A stretch of DNA of 47,216 nt from Bacteroidota bacterium (GTDB lineage Bacteria; Bacteroidota; Bacteroidia; NS11-12g; UBA955), in assembly GCA_027488495.1 (NCBI GenBank), contig JAIYBO010000006.1, positions 1-47,216 on the forward strand, written 5' to 3'. Shown here piece by piece: positions 46,418-47,216 of this stretch. Position 1 is the stretch's first letter. Every line of letters starts with the position of its first letter. Below the pieces are notes generated by a model. It searched no databases. It was not told the DNA's origin and was given only the letters and a program-made list of their open reading frames with translations. Position numbers and translations under genes: made by a program.

Positions 46418-47216
46418 TCAATACGCACGGTCCTTGCGGCCCTCCATGTAATATACATAAGAACGATTCGCCACCTGATTCCCACCCGGCGTTGGATAAT
46501 TGCCCGTGAAATACCAATCACCGCGGTCGCCCGGACAAGCTTCGTGCAAATTGTCTACCGACTGAAACAAAATGTCAAACTCGGCACGCAAATCCTTGGG
46601 CCTCAACATCTCAGCAATCTTCTTACTTACCTCTGCGTCTGTCAATGGCGCATATATGTCCTGCACCACACACCGCTGTTGCGCACTGGGCTTGGCCAAC
46701 TCCGCTTTCGCAGCGATGTAAGTAGTCTCTAACAACTCACCCATGCCCTTGTCTTTCAACAATTCCACAGCCGCAGCAAACGCCGCAAAATCTCCCATCC
46801 TACTCATATCAATCCCGTAACAATCTGGGTATCGAATCTGAGGCGCAGAACTCACCAAAATGATTCTCTTCGGCTCCAAACGATCCAAAATACGCAGAAT
46901 GCTCTTCTTCAACGTCGTTCCACGCACCACACTGTCGTCCATGATCACCAAAGTATCATTCCAACTTTTAACCACACCATAAGTGATGTCGTACACATGC
47001 CCTACCAAATCATCACGATCAGAATCATTCGTAATAAACGTGCGCATCTTTACATCCTTCACCAAAATCTTCTCACGCCTCGGACGCCAACTCAAAATCT
47101 CCTTCACCTTCTCTGGCTCGTTTTTCACATCGATTTTCGATAACGCCTCTGCCTGCAACTCCCTGCGGATTTCATGAATCCCATCAATCAACCCGTAAAA
47201 ACTTGTGGCCGCCGTA
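46418..47216 (-). CDS. purF: Amidophosphoribosyltransferase, C-terminal part (N-terminus lies beyond the window edge)
   Basis: PRPP-binding block LVIMDDSVVRGTTLKKSI and SSAPQIRYPDCYGIDM. The frame stays open through nt 47216 (..TAATSFYGLIDGIHEI). Confidence 0.85.
   Translation of the reverse strand, partial: TAATSFYGLIDGIHEIRRELQAEALSKIDVKNEPEKVKEILSWRPRREKILVKDVKMRTFITNDSDRDDLVGHVYDITYGVVKSWNDTLVIMDDSVVRGTTLKKSILRILDRLEPKRIILVSSAPQIRYPDCYGIDMSRMGDFAAFAAAVELLKDKGMGELLETTYIAAKAELAKPSAQQRCVVQDIYAPLTDAEVSKKIAEMLRPKDLRAEFDILFQSVDNLHEACPGDRGDWYFTGNYPTPGGNQVANRSYVYYMEGRKDRAY

Noticed and set aside
1-47216. A window-wide scan for CRISPR repeats, tRNA/rRNA/tmRNA genes, IS elements or inverted terminal repeats, integrases, phage genes, restriction-modification, toxin-antitoxin or other defence genes.
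   Set aside because: I saw none. Every ORF over 80 codons that is not antisense to a better gene is accounted for, and no intergenic region exceeds about 235 nt. Short or degenerate elements could still be missed without computational tools.

Overview
This is a densely packed chromosomal segment (34 CDSs, no gap over about 235 nt). Several signs point to Bacteroidota: two proteins carry Por/T9SS C-terminal sorting domains, TonB-dependent receptors sit next to DUF4249-type lipoproteins, DUF6089-like genes precede uppS-bamA, start codons lack Shine-Dalgarno sequences, and TAnnTTTG (-7 box) motifs recur just upstream of first genes. About half the genes are clear housekeeping genes: ileS, a dksA/traR-like gene, lspA, lysS, gltA, uvrB, a fused E1 dehydrogenase, metH, an ALDH7-type dehydrogenase, bamA, uppS, purK, frr and purF. 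I found no tRNA, rRNA, CRISPR array, transposase, integrase, phage gene or recognisable defence or toxin-antitoxin module. By eye this is an ordinary core region, and I cannot point to a convincing new system. The best candidates for undescribed biology are cell-envelope modules of unknown function. (1) A tight operon joins a T9SS-secreted M1 aminopeptidase, an MbnP-like lipoprotein and an MbnH-like di-haem peroxidase. (2) A DUF4197 lipoprotein is followed by an STN-domain TonB-dependent transducer and a DUF4249 lipoprotein, with no sigma/anti-sigma pair; a paralogous receptor-DUF4249 cassette lies 22 kb upstream. (3) An AT-rich, translationally coupled lipoprotein pair lies at 4224-5925. (4) A CNNM/CorC-type gene is followed by two tandem paralogous small beta-barrel genes. 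All family assignments come from motif recognition in the supplied translations. No HMM or BLAST search was possible, so the DUF and MbnP names in particular need confirmation.
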